A DNA stretch of 32,000 bases from Bacillus subtilis subsp. subtilis str. 168 (GCF_000009045.1 NC_000964.3:1530001-1562000); one strand, 5' to 3'; numbered from the stretch's first letter, positions 8,770 through 18,680 are shown. Notes: a model not told the origin generated them from the letters alone. Numbers and translations: made by a program.

Positions 8770-9684
8770 TTATTTTTTTACCGCATGAATATAATGAATC
8801 GTTTCAAACGCTGACAAATTGTCTTTTCGATTACTAAAGAAAAGGTCATTGATGTCGTCTGGTGATAGATGTTCATAGATCAGTAAACCAGATGACTCTA
8901 ACAGATGTTCAATCTCTTGATAAGTGAAACATGATTTCATCGGTTCCCCGCTTGCGGCAGCCATCTTCACCATATGTTCAACTCGATTCGACGTCCCTTT
9001 TGCTGTAAAAAGTGTTTCGTCCGCATAATCAAAAACAATAGAGCTTCCAGGCGGGACATGAGAAAATAAATTGCTGATCAAGCTTGCATTTTCTTCCCGT
9101 GTTACATAATAAGACACTCCGAGAAGGCTGAAGAATGTTTTTGTGTTTTTAAATCCTTCATCTAAGAGAGGATCATACGAAAACGTTTTGGTGAAATCCA
9201 TAGGAACAAAATGAAGATGACCCGGAATTGTCAGATTTGCATCCTTCAGCTTATTTTTTTTCAATTGCTGTGTGGCCGGATGATCAACCTCGAAAACCTG
9301 TAAGCTGTTTTCTAATTCTGGATGCCGAAAGCAGAAAGTATCCAGTCCCGCTCCAAGAATGACATACTGTTTTGCCCCCAGGATTAATTCGTTGTGCAAG
9401 ACTTTTTCACAATAAGAAGCACGTGCTAGGGGCGTTGGAGACAGCTGGATTTGTGCAACCCATTTTAATATTTTTTCAGGATCATTTTGAAGACGTTCGG
9501 CGATCTCTTTGTTGAAAAACGATATTTCTTGAATCATATTTTTACTGATGTCGATAAACTCTTTTTCGTTAATGAGATCTTTTGCGATAAAATCATCAAA
9601 AATAAGAGGTGTGTCATATCGGCTGTGATATGCACGGGCAAAAGCTGAAATTAGAGACGTTAAGCTGGACTCATTTTTCCTCAT
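8770..9684 (-). CDS. yktD: SAM-dependent methyltransferase, leucine carboxyl methyltransferase / polyketide O-methyltransferase-like (304 aa)
   Basis: Motifs YVILGAGLDTFCFR and FEVDHPATQQLKK; ATG at 9684 after GTGGAGGATC. The track start at 9741 is too early. Confidence 0.88.
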   Translation of the reverse strand: MRKNESSLTSLISAFARAYHSRYDTPLIFDDFIAKDLINEKEFIDISKNMIQEISFFNKEIAERLQNDPEKILKWVAQIQLSPTPLARASYCEKVLHNELILGAKQYVILGAGLDTFCFRHPELENSLQVFEVDHPATQQLKKNKLKDANLTIPGHLHFVPMDFTKTFSYDPLLDEGFKNTKTFFSLLGVSYYVTREENASLISNLFSHVPPGSSIVFDYADETLFTAKGTSNRVEHMVKMAAASGEPMKSCFTYQEIEHLLESSGLLIYEHLSPDDINDLFFSNRKDNLSAFETIHYIHAVKK

Positions 9685-10002
9685 GAAATGATCCTCCACA
9701 AAAAATAAGATTCCCCTGGCCAGGAGAATCTTATTATACATACAAATATATTAATAGTAAATTTTAGCATAAATAAATTTTTTTGTCAATGTTTTTGCTC
9801 TTAACTGGACGCGCGATCCTTCACATAGCCACGTGACCTGTAGCAGAATTCGTCTATCAATTATGTGGACTGAATCATTAGCTTTTATAAAATGCGCACT
9901 TGCGGCTGCATCCCTCTTTATGCAAATCAGGAGCGGTTTTCTGTCTCATGGCAGCATCTTTTCGTCGTTTCAGCTGAGAGAGAAATCAAGATATGTAACA
10001 AT

Positions 10003-10028
10003 AAAAGCCTGAGGGATCTCAGGCTTTT
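10003..10028. terminator. Terminator of nprE (transcribed on - strand)
   Basis: aaaagcctgag(ggat)ctcaggctttt. Confidence 0.85.
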
Positions 10029-10035
10029 CCTAATA

Positions 10036-11601
10036 TTACAATCCAACAGCATTCCAGGCTGCTTCAACTTTAGCGGCATCAGTTGAGCCGTAGAGGTCAC
10101 GGGCAGACTGAATGAGAGCTGCCTTGGCATCTTTGAACGTGGAAGAAGGCGTGAGGTACGTTGTTAACGCACGGTAATAGATTTGCTGTGATTTAGATAC
10201 ACCAAGTTTTGTGATGGTGTTGTAAGCGGCTTTGTTTGGAATTCCGCTGTTTGTGTGTACACCGCCATAATCGCCTTCATCTGTGTTTGGAAGGTTTCGG
10301 TAATTGGCGTAATTGTCAGGCTGGTTGTATTTTGTAGGGTTGGACAGGCTGCGAAGAGCAGGCTGGCTGACCGTAATGTCTTCACCGATGTCCCAGTCTT
10401 CTGTATCGTTAAAATACCCGAATACGTCAGAGAAAGACTCGTTTAATGCACCTGGCTGATTTTCATAAATCAAGTTGGCTGTTTCTTGGGTGACGCCATG
10501 TGTCATTTCATGCGCTGTCACATCTAATGAGCCGGAAAGCGGAGAGAAGAATGAACCGTCGCCATCACCGTAAATCATCTGGTCTCCTGTCCATGCAGCG
10601 TTATTGTATTGAGTGCCGTAGTGAACGGAAGAAACGATTTTACTGCCTTTGTTATCATAGCTGTTTCGTTTAAAGTTTGAATAAAAATAATCGTACACTT
10701 TACCGAGGTTATAGTGTGCGTCAACGGCTGCCCGCTGTGATGAAGATGTAAATGTTTTCGTTGTGCTTGAGACAAGCGTGCCCGGAAGGCGGCTTTGTCT
10801 GTTTTGCAAATCATATGTGATGATTTGGGTGCCTGTTGGTTTTGAAAGATCTCTTAGAACATATTTTCCGCCTTCATAAGAGATGTTCAAAGGAACAGTT
10901 GCGCCCTTTAGCGTTGTTCCGCTTCCAGTGGCGGCGGCATGTTCTACTTTATTTTGCTGTTTTAAAATGCTGCCTGTTTCGGCGTCAACTAAGACTTCCC
11001 AGTTTGCAGGTTCAGGCTCGACATAGCGAATCGTCACGTCGTAAGCAAGACGATAGCTGCCGTCTTTTGTTTCTATCGCTTTTAATTCGGCTTTATTGCT
11101 GTTTTTGGCCGCTCCGTTAGAAACAGCGTCTGGTGATTTGCCGATAGCTTTGAAAGCGAGTGCCAGCGCTTTTTCAGAAGAGACTTTTTGGCTGTTATCT
11201 GTTTTTGCAGCAGATTGATTGTGTAATTCACCATTGACCGCATAGACATTATCGGATTTATCGACGTGAACGATCACTTGCGAATCTTTAATTGGCACTC
11301 CGTTAACGACAGGCGCATATCGAAAGTGCTTGTATCCAAGGGCATCAGTCGTGCTTTCAACAAGCTTCAGCCTTTTGGAAGGGTCACCTTTAAAAATGTT
11401 GCTGTTCTTTTTCAAAAACTGCTTGACAGCCTTGTCATTTGGTGCAGAGAGTTCTGATTGCGCAATCGCGTTTTTGGAGAGGAAATTTGTTTGATTCTCT
11501 TTAAGCTGATGACCTTCAGCAGCCTGAACACCTGGCAGGCTGATTGATAAACTCATAAACGAAGCAGCGACAGCAACAGACAATTTCTTACCTAAACCCA
11601 C
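10036..11601 (-). CDS. nprE: Extracellular neutral metalloprotease, thermolysin family (prepro-protein, 521 aa)
   Basis: Signal peptide (KKLSVAVAASFMSLSISLPGVQA), propeptide, zinc site DVTAHEMTHGVT and second zinc ligand region NESFSDVFGYF; GTG start after AAAGGGGG. Confidence 0.97.
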   Translation of the reverse strand: MGLGKKLSVAVAASFMSLSISLPGVQAAEGHQLKENQTNFLSKNAIAQSELSAPNDKAVKQFLKKNSNIFKGDPSKRLKLVESTTDALGYKHFRYAPVVNGVPIKDSQVIVHVDKSDNVYAVNGELHNQSAAKTDNSQKVSSEKALALAFKAIGKSPDAVSNGAAKNSNKAELKAIETKDGSYRLAYDVTIRYVEPEPANWEVLVDAETGSILKQQNKVEHAAATGSGTTLKGATVPLNISYEGGKYVLRDLSKPTGTQIITYDLQNRQSRLPGTLVSSTTKTFTSSSQRAAVDAHYNLGKVYDYFYSNFKRNSYDNKGSKIVSSVHYGTQYNNAAWTGDQMIYGDGDGSFFSPLSGSLDVTAHEMTHGVTQETANLIYENQPGALNESFSDVFGYFNDTEDWDIGEDITVSQPALRSLSNPTKYNQPDNYANYRNLPNTDEGDYGGVHTNSGIPNKAAYNTITKLGVSKSQQIYYRALTTYLTPSSTFKDAKAALIQSARDLYGSTDAAKVEAAWNAVGL

Positions 11602-11826
11602 AATAAATCCCCCTTTTTGAAAATACTGAAAACTTTATATTGTTATATTAAACTAGCATTCTGGAATACTCAACAAAAACTAACATAACTAGACAAAATT
11701 GATAGTATTGTCCTGTGTTTGTTTTTGTTGAATAATATCAAGATGAGTCAAGTGTCATGTGGTGGTTCATTCAAGAGTTATGTTTTTTACATATCAAGGG
11801 GAAGATGAGATATTTTTGTTTCATCT

Positions 11827-11854
11827 TGAAACTTTTTGAAAAGTCCGCTGTCTA
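11827..11854 (+). promoter_or_regulatory. ECF-sigma-type promoter candidate upstream of ylaA
   Basis: TGAAAC (11827-11832) - 16 nt - TGTCTA (11849-11854), resembling the TGAAAC-N16-CGTCTA pattern of Bacillus ECF promoters; 40 nt upstream of the GTG at 11895. Confidence 0.55.
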
Positions 11855-11894
11855 ACCGAATGAGGCCTTAATAAGAAGTAAAGGATTGTTGTTC

Positions 11895-13826
11895 GTGTTG
11901 GAGTTATTCAGTCATTATGTATTGCATTTCGAACGTTATTTTATATTAAGCAGACAAAGCACCCTGCTGATTCAATGGTCAATTGTTGTTCTGGCGGGCT
12001 TATATCTTTTGGTGCATCATCCCAAAATAAACCGGCAGCGCACAATGTTCTTGGCGGGTGTTATATTGCGGATTGTGCTGCTGGCGGGAGTGTCTGTTGA
12101 ACTTATTCACCAGGTGCAATCAACAAACTTCACCAGCGCTTACTTAAGAGAGGACGGAAAAGAACTGCTGCCGCTGCTGCATTTTTTGTTATACGGATAT
12201 GTGCTGCTGACGGCTTTTCACTATATGCTGATGCCGCGTGATCATGGCGGAAAGGGTAAGTTTTATACGTTCGACCTTGCTGTTGTCAGTTTGCCGATCG
12301 TACAAATGATTTTTAGTTTCTTTTCGTATTGGAAGGAATACCCGGATGGGATGGAGCCGATTGCATTCGTGTTTCTGTTTTTCATCATCACTCTTCCCAT
12401 TGCGTTGAATGTAGTGTTTTTCAAGCTGTATTGGAGAACGGATAAGATCTTACTAGGCTTATTTTATACGCTGATTATCGGACTGCTTGTCTTGCTGCTT
12501 GCGCCATATCCCAATCAAATCTCAAAAGATTATGGTGCAGTAATGCCATATACGATTTATTTGGCAATGGCGGGATTTTTGATGAGCTATCATCTGTTCC
12601 AAAAGTCAGGAAAGGTTTATGTGCGTGTGAATAAGTGGGTGACGATGGCTGTCATGGTGTTTTTTGTCCTGCTGTTAAATCCGATATATAACATAGGAAC
12701 GGCTGCTTTCGCTGTATCAAAGCCAGCAAATGTCCATGATTCATTCAATTTTGTCGGGGAGCACATTTCATCAGAAAAAGCGGAACAGATACTAAAGTCA
12801 TTTTTTCCTACGGATGAAACACTTTATTTGCACGATACAAACATGGATGTGCATTATTTCTACTCATTTGAAAGCAAAGGTTACAAAGCTGAGGTAGATG
12901 AAGTATCGCAGCTAATTCGTAATTATGAATACTTACAAAAAGCACATGGGAAAAAGCTAACGAATCAGGAGTACAAGCGAAAGTCCATCGCTTTCCTTGA
13001 GCGACACGGACGTGTGTTACATAAGGATCATATCGAAACAAAGGTATCTCAAGAAGACGGCCAGACAGTCGTACGTATTTACCTGAAAAATCAACTTCAT
13101 AAAAAAGATCATGCTGATGATGGCGCGGTATTTTATTGGGAAAAGGAAACCTTAATGGGGTTTAGTGAAGATCCTTCGATTTATCAGCTTGACTCTCTTC
13201 TGCATGTTCATATAACGGAACAAGACATTCACGACAAAGTGGAACAAATGTTTACAGCGCTGAACATATCAAAACAGCCTTATCAGATCACTGATATTGA
13301 AAGCGACAGCCTGCTTGGAAGCATGGTGAGAGTTGAAACAAAAGTTGGAATTGTTTTGGAATTTGAGGGCGAATCAGGTTGTTTACATAGTCTTTCGCTT
13401 CCGATGAAAAAGAATATCTCAATGGCTAACAGCCGGCTGCAGCATCAGATATTATCGATCTTCGATGCTCGTGGATCAGAAAAGAAGAAAAAAAGCAGTC
13501 AGGGTGACATGGTGATGTATACTGATTCTTCTAAAACATATGAGTTTGTTGAAGCTCAAGGTCAGCTAAACGTTTATGTATACAGCGATACACCTGATCA
13601 GTCATTCCCCTATACGTATCGTAATGGAACATTGGCTTACGAAAAAGTAGCTTCTCTATATCAGGATGTCATTTACAAAAAGCGTATGCGTCCGATTATC
13701 GTTCAAAGAGGGGATGAACGGCATTATGCATGGCTGATCATTATTCAGCCGTTTGGTTCAAATCGCCATGATGCCTATGTAGTGGATGGAGAAACACAAG
13801 AGGTGAAAAGTCTTTATGAATCATAA
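11895..13826 (+). CDS. ylaA: Polytopic membrane protein with large extracytoplasmic C-terminal region, YlaA
   Basis: Multiple hydrophobic segments in the N-terminal ~260 aa, then soluble domain. GTG at 11895 is 9 nt after AAAGGA; the track TTG at 11886 directly abuts that ribosome-binding site. Confidence 0.8.
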   Translation: MLELFSHYVLHFERYFILSRQSTLLIQWSIVVLAGLYLLVHHPKINRQRTMFLAGVILRIVLLAGVSVELIHQVQSTNFTSAYLREDGKELLPLLHFLLYGYVLLTAFHYMLMPRDHGGKGKFYTFDLAVVSLPIVQMIFSFFSYWKEYPDGMEPIAFVFLFFIITLPIALNVVFFKLYWRTDKILLGLFYTLIIGLLVLLLAPYPNQISKDYGAVMPYTIYLAMAGFLMSYHLFQKSGKVYVRVNKWVTMAVMVFFVLLLNPIYNIGTAAFAVSKPANVHDSFNFVGEHISSEKAEQILKSFFPTDETLYLHDTNMDVHYFYSFESKGYKAEVDEVSQLIRNYEYLQKAHGKKLTNQEYKRKSIAFLERHGRVLHKDHIETKVSQEDGQTVVRIYLKNQLHKKDHADDGAVFYWEKETLMGFSEDPSIYQLDSLLHVHITEQDIHDKVEQMFTALNISKQPYQITDIESDSLLGSMVRVETKVGIVLEFEGESGCLHSLSLPMKKNISMANSRLQHQILSIFDARGSEKKKKSSQGDMVMYTDSSKTYEFVEAQGQLNVYVYSDTPDQSFPYTYRNGTLAYEKVASLYQDVIYKKRMRPIIVQRGDERHYAWLIIIQPFGSNRHDAYVVDGETQEVKSLYES

Positions 13827-14085
13827 AGAAAAAGAGTCTGTTTTTGTAGACTTATACGACCTGTATAAAGAAGGAGAGCTAGAGGATGAATCAATGGAAT
13901 GGATGAAACAGCATGAATCCCTATTTCAAAAGAATGCGGAAGACTTAAAGAGTAAAACTTGTTTAAAGAGAAGTCCCGGTGCTGAAGAAGAAAGCCAAAT
14001 CAGATATATGAAAGTATACCTGTCTTCCATGTATATCTGTTTCATTTTATTGGCCATTTGGATGACGGTGTGGTTTTATTTTTAA
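13816..14085 (+). CDS. ylaB: Small protein with C-terminal transmembrane segment, YlaB (89 aa)
   Basis: Overlaps the 3' end of ylaA; C-terminal YLSSMYICFILLAIWMTVWFYF. Confidence 0.8.
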   Translation: MNHKEKESVFVDLYDLYKEGELEDESMEWMKQHESLFQKNAEDLKSKTCLKRSPGAEEESQIRYMKVYLSSMYICFILLAIWMTVWFYF

Positions 14086-14606
14086 TGAAGCATAGGGATT
14101 CCATTGAGGACTTGTATCGGCAGTATTATCAAGAAATTTTAAATTATTTATTCAGAAGGACTCATCATCTTGAAACAGCCAAGGACTTAGCGCAGGACAC
14201 GTTTGTAAAAGCTCTTAACGGTCTGGCTTCGTTTAGGGGGCATTCTTCCATCAGAACATGGCTCTACACCATTGCGCATCATACCTTTATCAATTGGTAC
14301 CGAAGGGATGTCAAATACCAATTTACTGAAATCAGCAAAAATGAAGGGTTAACGCAAACAACTTATGACCAGCCTGAACAGTATCTGTCACGGACGGTGA
14401 AAAGCGAAACACTGCGGCAGGAGCTCCTGAAGTTAAAAGATCAGCATCAATCCGTTTTGATTTTAAGAGAATTCCAAGAGCTTTCTTATGAAGAAATCGC
14501 TGAGATATTAGGATGGAGTCTTTCTAAGGTGAATACCACATTGCACCGGGCTAGATTAGAGCTAAAGAAAAACATGACGAAAAGTAGAGAGGAGGAGCGG
14601 ATATGA
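14085..14606 (+). CDS. ylaC: ECF-type RNA polymerase sigma factor (173 aa)
   Basis: Region 2 (RHHLETAKDLAQDTFVKAL) and region 4 (LILREFQELSYEEIAEILGWSLSKVNTTLHRARLELKK); ATG in TAATG overlap with ylaB. The track starts 9 codons early. Confidence 0.92.
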   Translation: MKHRDSIEDLYRQYYQEILNYLFRRTHHLETAKDLAQDTFVKALNGLASFRGHSSIRTWLYTIAHHTFINWYRRDVKYQFTEISKNEGLTQTTYDQPEQYLSRTVKSETLRQELLKLKDQHQSVLILREFQELSYEEIAEILGWSLSKVNTTLHRARLELKKNMTKSREEERI

Positions 14607-14896
14607 CCTGCTTTCTAGTAAGAGACCTGCTTCCTCTGTATCTTGAAGGTGATTGTAAAAGAGAAACGGAACACGTTATAGAAGAGCATTTAAAAATGTG
14701 CAGCAGCTGCAGAGACATGTATGACACGATGGCTGAGCCATTTGAATTGGAAAGCGAACAGGCCGTTGAGGAGGCTTATCTGCCGGAAGAAGAACTGCGT
14801 TTTAAACAGAGGTACTATGGATTACTGATCATGAAAGCTGCCTGCTGGTTTGGAGCGGCGGTTGCCATGATGCTGATCATCAAACTGCTGATATAA
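14603..14896 (+). CDS. ylaD: Anti-sigma factor with zinc-finger-like domain and one TM segment (97 aa)
   Basis: H-x3-C-x2-C in EEHLKMCSSCRDMY; ATGA overlap with ylaC; C-terminal hydrophobic segment. Confidence 0.88.
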   Translation: MTCFLVRDLLPLYLEGDCKRETEHVIEEHLKMCSSCRDMYDTMAEPFELESEQAVEEAYLPEEELRFKQRYYGLLIMKAACWFGAAVAMMLIIKLLI

Positions 14897-14933
14897 AAAA
14901 AGCGCTTGTCCGATTCCGGCAAGCGCTTTTTTA
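14895..14933. terminator. Bidirectional terminator between ylaD and ylaE
   Basis: agcgcttg ... caagcgct stem with A and T tracts. Confidence 0.88.
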
Positions 14934-14935
14934 CA

Positions 14936-15547
14936 TTAAGCCTGGGGATGAATCATATCGTAAATAGCGGCAAGCTGTTCTTGTGACAGGGCACTGAAGA
15001 GTTTTTCATAAACGTCAGCTTGCAGTGGCGTTGCACCTGCTTGTAGCGCTGCGTCTTTATCATAGCTGTACACATCATCTTGTAGCACAATGGCTGCTTG
15101 AAGAATGTGAATCTTGAGAGAAACAGCGGAGAAAAATTGTTCAAGTGCAAGTGCTTCTTTTTCTGTGAAGCCAAGTTCAACTGCTTTTTCTGTATCAAAT
15201 TTGTAATTTCCATCCTCGAGATACACACATTGTGAAACAATGCTGAAAAATTCTGATGTCGATTCCCAGAGTGTAGCAATTACCTGAGCCTCTTCTTTTG
15301 TCATTCCTAACTCGACAGCTTTTTCGCTGTCAAAATAATATACACCGTCTTGTTCGTATATACATTGATTTAATATATCAATGAATGTATTGAGATCTTC
15401 GTTAGTGCTCGCCTGATGCTGGAGTTGAACAGCAGTGTTATCAACCGGTGTTTTTGCGCTGGCTGCATCAGGACCGAACGTTAATAGAGCAGCTGAGGTC
15501 ATTGCGGCAGTCGTTAACATAGCTTTTTTTACAAATGTTTTCTTCAT
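14936..15547 (-). CDS. ylaE: Secreted protein with three internal repeats, YlaE (203 aa)
   Basis: Signal peptide MKKTFVKKAMLTTAAMTSAALLTFGPDAASA; repeats starting at residues 62, 107 and 152. Confidence 0.85.
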   Translation of the reverse strand: MKKTFVKKAMLTTAAMTSAALLTFGPDAASAKTPVDNTAVQLQHQASTNEDLNTFIDILNQCIYEQDGVYYFDSEKAVELGMTKEEAQVIATLWESTSEFFSIVSQCVYLEDGNYKFDTEKAVELGFTEKEALALEQFFSAVSLKIHILQAAIVLQDDVYSYDKDAALQAGATPLQADVYEKLFSALSQEQLAAIYDMIHPQA

Positions 15548-15762
15548 GTTTCTTCTCTCCCTTTTATGAATTGTGCTACAAATTCCATTATAGGGAGTAG
15601 TTTCCGGTGGAGGAATAGGCGCTATGGTATTTTATGTGTATCGTTGCCGAACTACTTTTTGAAGGCTGCACGTGTGATCGTTAGAACGATTGTCTATGTA
15701 TGAAGGCTGTTTTGCATCTTCCTGACTAAGAAACAGGGGAGATAAGGCTTAAAGAAATGAAA

Positions 15763-15792
15763 AACACCGCTTTCTTTGCGGTGTTTTTTGAT
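15763..15792 (-). terminator. Terminator downstream of ylaF
   Basis: aaaaacaccgctttctttgcggtgtttttt. Confidence 0.85.
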
Positions 15793-15819
15793 TACAATGT
15801 CGCCGGCGGGGCAATGCTT

Positions 15820-16008
15820 TTAATCAAGCAAGCCTTGTTCGCGCATTTTCTTTTTTAATGTAAATCCGCCGCCCATGACAGCGCAAACAAGTACAATGCT
15901 GGCGATAATGCCTGCAGGGCTTTTTTCAGCGATAAAGACGCCGATCAGCATAATGCTGAAAACCGCTGCAAATGCAAATAATAGTAAAAGCCAATTCATT
16001 TTTTTCAT
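15820..16008 (-). CDS. ylaF: Small two-TM membrane protein, YlaF (62 aa)
   Basis: ATG at 16008 is 9 nt after AAAAGGGG on - strand; MKKMNWLLLLFAFAAVFSIMLIGVFIAEK. The track ATG at 16017 is too close to the ribosome-binding site. Confidence 0.78.
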   Translation of the reverse strand: MKKMNWLLLLFAFAAVFSIMLIGVFIAEKSPAGIIASIVLVCAVMGGGFTLKKKMREQGLLD

Positions 16009-16076
16009 AAATTCCATCCCCTTTTACGTCTTATATTAAGTTTACAGAAAAACGTGACGCTTTTAAAGAGGATGTG

Positions 16077-16085
16077 TGATATAAT
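16077..16085 (+). promoter_or_regulatory. Extended -10 element upstream of bipA
   Basis: TGATATAAT, 36 nt upstream of the GTG start; no strong -35. Confidence 0.5.
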
Positions 16086-16120
16086 ATGAAAGTTATCTAA
16101 TTTTTTTAGGAGATGAAAAA

Positions 16121-17959
16121 GTGAAACTTCGAAATGATCTTCGCAACATCGCGATTATTGCCCACGTTGACCATGGGAAAACGACTCTAGTCGATCAGCT
16201 TTTACATCAGGCTGGTACGTTCCGTGCCAACGAACAGGTTGCTGAACGCGCAATGGACTCTAATGATCTTGAACGCGAACGCGGCATTACAATATTGGCG
16301 AAAAATACTGCGATTAACTATAAAGATACACGTATCAATATTTTGGACACCCCTGGACATGCAGACTTTGGGGGAGAAGTAGAACGGATTATGAAAATGG
16401 TTGACGGCGTAGTGCTTGTCGTTGACGCATATGAAGGCTGTATGCCTCAAACTCGTTTTGTTCTGAAAAAAGCTCTTGAGCAAAACCTGAACCCTGTTGT
16501 TGTTGTAAACAAAATTGACCGTGACTTTGCTCGTCCAGAGGAAGTTATCGATGAAGTTCTGGATCTGTTCATTGAGCTTGATGCCAATGAAGAGCAGCTC
16601 GAGTTCCCAGTGGTATATGCTTCCGCGATTAATGGAACAGCGAGTCTTGATCCGAAACAACAGGATGAAAACATGGAAGCTTTATATGAAACCATTATTA
16701 AGCATGTTCCGGCACCTGTTGATAATGCAGAGGAGCCGCTTCAATTCCAAGTTGCCCTTCTTGACTACAACGACTATGTAGGCCGTATCGGAATCGGACG
16801 CGTATTCCGCGGCACAATGAAAGTCGGACAGCAGGTTTCTCTTATGAAGCTTGACGGAACGGCAAAGTCATTCCGTGTTACAAAGATTTTTGGTTTCCAA
16901 GGCTTAAAGCGTGTGGAAATTGAAGAAGCAAAAGCGGGAGACCTCGTTGCGGTTTCCGGGATGGAAGATATCAACGTTGGTGAAACGGTATGTCCTGTAG
17001 ACCATCAAGATCCGCTTCCGGTCCTTCGCATTGATGAGCCGACACTTCAAATGACATTTGTCGTGAATAACAGTCCGTTTGCAGGCCGTGAAGGCAAATA
17101 TGTAACGGCCCGCAAAATCGAAGAGCGTCTTCAATCACAGCTTCAGACGGATGTGAGCTTGCGTGTTGAGCCAACAGCTTCTCCTGATGCTTGGGTTGTT
17201 TCAGGACGCGGTGAGCTGCACTTGTCAATTTTAATTGAAAATATGCGTCGTGAGGGCTATGAGCTTCAAGTGTCAAAACCTGAAGTTATTATCAAAGAAA
17301 TCGACGGCGTACGCTGTGAGCCTGTTGAACGTGTGCAAATTGATGTTCCTGAAGAGCATACTGGCTCTGTAATGGAATCAATGGGTGCCCGCAAAGGCGA
17401 AATGGTTGATATGATCAACAACGGAAACGGCCAAGTCCGTCTCATCTTTACAGTTCCTTCCCGCGGATTGATCGGTTACTCTACAGAATTCCTATCATTA
17501 ACACGCGGATTCGGTATTTTGAACCATACGTTTGACAGCTACCAGCCGATGCAGGCAGGCCAAGTCGGCGGACGCCGTCAAGGTGTACTTGTGTCAATGG
17601 AAAACGGAAAAGCAACATCATACGGTATTCAAGGAATTGAAGACCGCGGTGTCATCTTCGTTGAGCCGGGTACTGAAGTATACGAAGGAATGATCGTTGG
17701 AGAGCATAACCGTGACAACGACCTTGTTGTTAACGTCAGCAAAATGAAACAGCAAACAAACGTCCGTTCTGCGACAAAGGATCAGACAACTACAATTAAA
17801 AAAGCGCGCATCATGTCTCTTGAGGAGTCTCTAGAGTACTTAAACGAAGATGAATATTGTGAAGTAACACCTGAATCCATCCGTTTAAGAAAGAAGATCC
17901 TCAATAAGAACGAACGTGAAAAAGCAGCTAAAAAGAAAAAAACAGCAGGATTGTCTTAA
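16121..17959 (+). CDS. bipA: Ribosome-associated GTPase BipA/TypA (612 aa)
   Basis: G1 [11 protein letters not shown]3 DTPGHADF, G4 NKID, elongation-factor fold; GTG start after TTTAGGAG. Confidence 0.96.
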   Translation: MKLRNDLRNIAIIAHVDHGKTTLVDQLLHQAGTFRANEQVAERAMDSNDLERERGITILAKNTAINYKDTRINILDTPGHADFGGEVERIMKMVDGVVLVVDAYEGCMPQTRFVLKKALEQNLNPVVVVNKIDRDFARPEEVIDEVLDLFIELDANEEQLEFPVVYASAINGTASLDPKQQDENMEALYETIIKHVPAPVDNAEEPLQFQVALLDYNDYVGRIGIGRVFRGTMKVGQQVSLMKLDGTAKSFRVTKIFGFQGLKRVEIEEAKAGDLVAVSGMEDINVGETVCPVDHQDPLPVLRIDEPTLQMTFVVNNSPFAGREGKYVTARKIEERLQSQLQTDVSLRVEPTASPDAWVVSGRGELHLSILIENMRREGYELQVSKPEVIIKEIDGVRCEPVERVQIDVPEEHTGSVMESMGARKGEMVDMINNGNGQVRLIFTVPSRGLIGYSTEFLSLTRGFGILNHTFDSYQPMQAGQVGGRRQGVLVSMENGKATSYGIQGIEDRGVIFVEPGTEVYEGMIVGEHNRDNDLVVNVSKMKQQTNVRSATKDQTTTIKKARIMSLEESLEYLNEDEYCEVTPESIRLRKKILNKNEREKAAKKKKTAGLS

Positions 17960-18015
17960 TCTCGTGCAGAATTTGAAAAGATAGAACCCGTACGTTTACA
18001 GGGGAGGGAATCTTT

Positions 18016-18333
18016 TTGAATGACGTAAGCGAACGCCTGTCGTTCTTCGCCGCTCTATATCAAGTAGACCGGCAGCCTGCGGCAGGCATGTGGCTGCTGT
18101 ACGGCACGATTTTTGTGTTGGCCGTTATTGTATTTAAGCTTGGATTTGCTAAACGGCTTCCTGTATTAAAATCTGCAGTGGTGTATGTATTTTTGGCTTT
18201 GGGCTGCACTGTTTTGACTTTTTTAGGGGTGTTTTTGCCCGTGGCAGAAGGATTGGTCGTCGCTGCGCTGATTTTAATCATTTACAAAATCCGGCTGTAT
18301 CAGTCGAAAAAAGGACAGTCTGCAAAATCATAA
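18016..18333 (+). CDS. ylaH: YlaH-like membrane protein (105 aa)
   Basis: TTG start after GGGGAGGGAA; three hydrophobic segments. Confidence 0.82.
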
Positions 18334-18362
18334 AAGACTCAGCTGAAAGCTGAGTCTTTTTT
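18332..18362. terminator. Terminator between ylaH and ylaI
   Basis: aaaagactcagct(gaa)agctgagtctttttt. Confidence 0.87.
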
Positions 18363-18388
18363 GTGTTCTGTATGGTTAAGCGGCCGCT

Positions 18389-18598
18389 TTATTTTTTGAC
18401 TTTTTCTTTTTTCTGCTGTCCCGGGTGAAAAGTAAATTTTCCCGTTTTCAGCCGTTCCTCTGTTTTTTTGGCAATCCGATCGTGGCATTCCTGGCACATA
18501 TATGTATGGATCGGGCGGTTTCGAAGCCGTTTCGCGATCAGGGTATCATCATCAATTGTTTCAATTTTATCGCAAATAGAACATTTGACCCTCATCAT
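18389..18598 (-). CDS. ylaI: Small zinc-ribbon-like protein YlaI (69 aa)
   Basis: CSIC ... CQEC cysteine pairs; AGAGGTGAT upstream on - strand. Confidence 0.82.
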   Translation of the reverse strand: MMRVKCSICDKIETIDDDTLIAKRLRNRPIHTYMCQECHDRIAKKTEERLKTGKFTFHPGQQKKEKVKK

Positions 18599-18680
18599 AT
18601 CACCTCTTTCACTAACATGTATTATACCACGGATCAGAAGCTGTCCAAAATAAGAAAAAGCTAAAGCGCAAGGCTATAGC

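Noticed and set aside
10255-11120. ORFs on the + strand opposite nprE
   Set aside because: Antisense shadow ORFs of a highly conserved protease gene, with no supporting signals seen.
16202-17276. Antisense ORFs in bipA (152, 82, 66, 101 aa)
   Set aside because: Mirror frames of a conserved GTPase; no independent start signals examined to be convincing.
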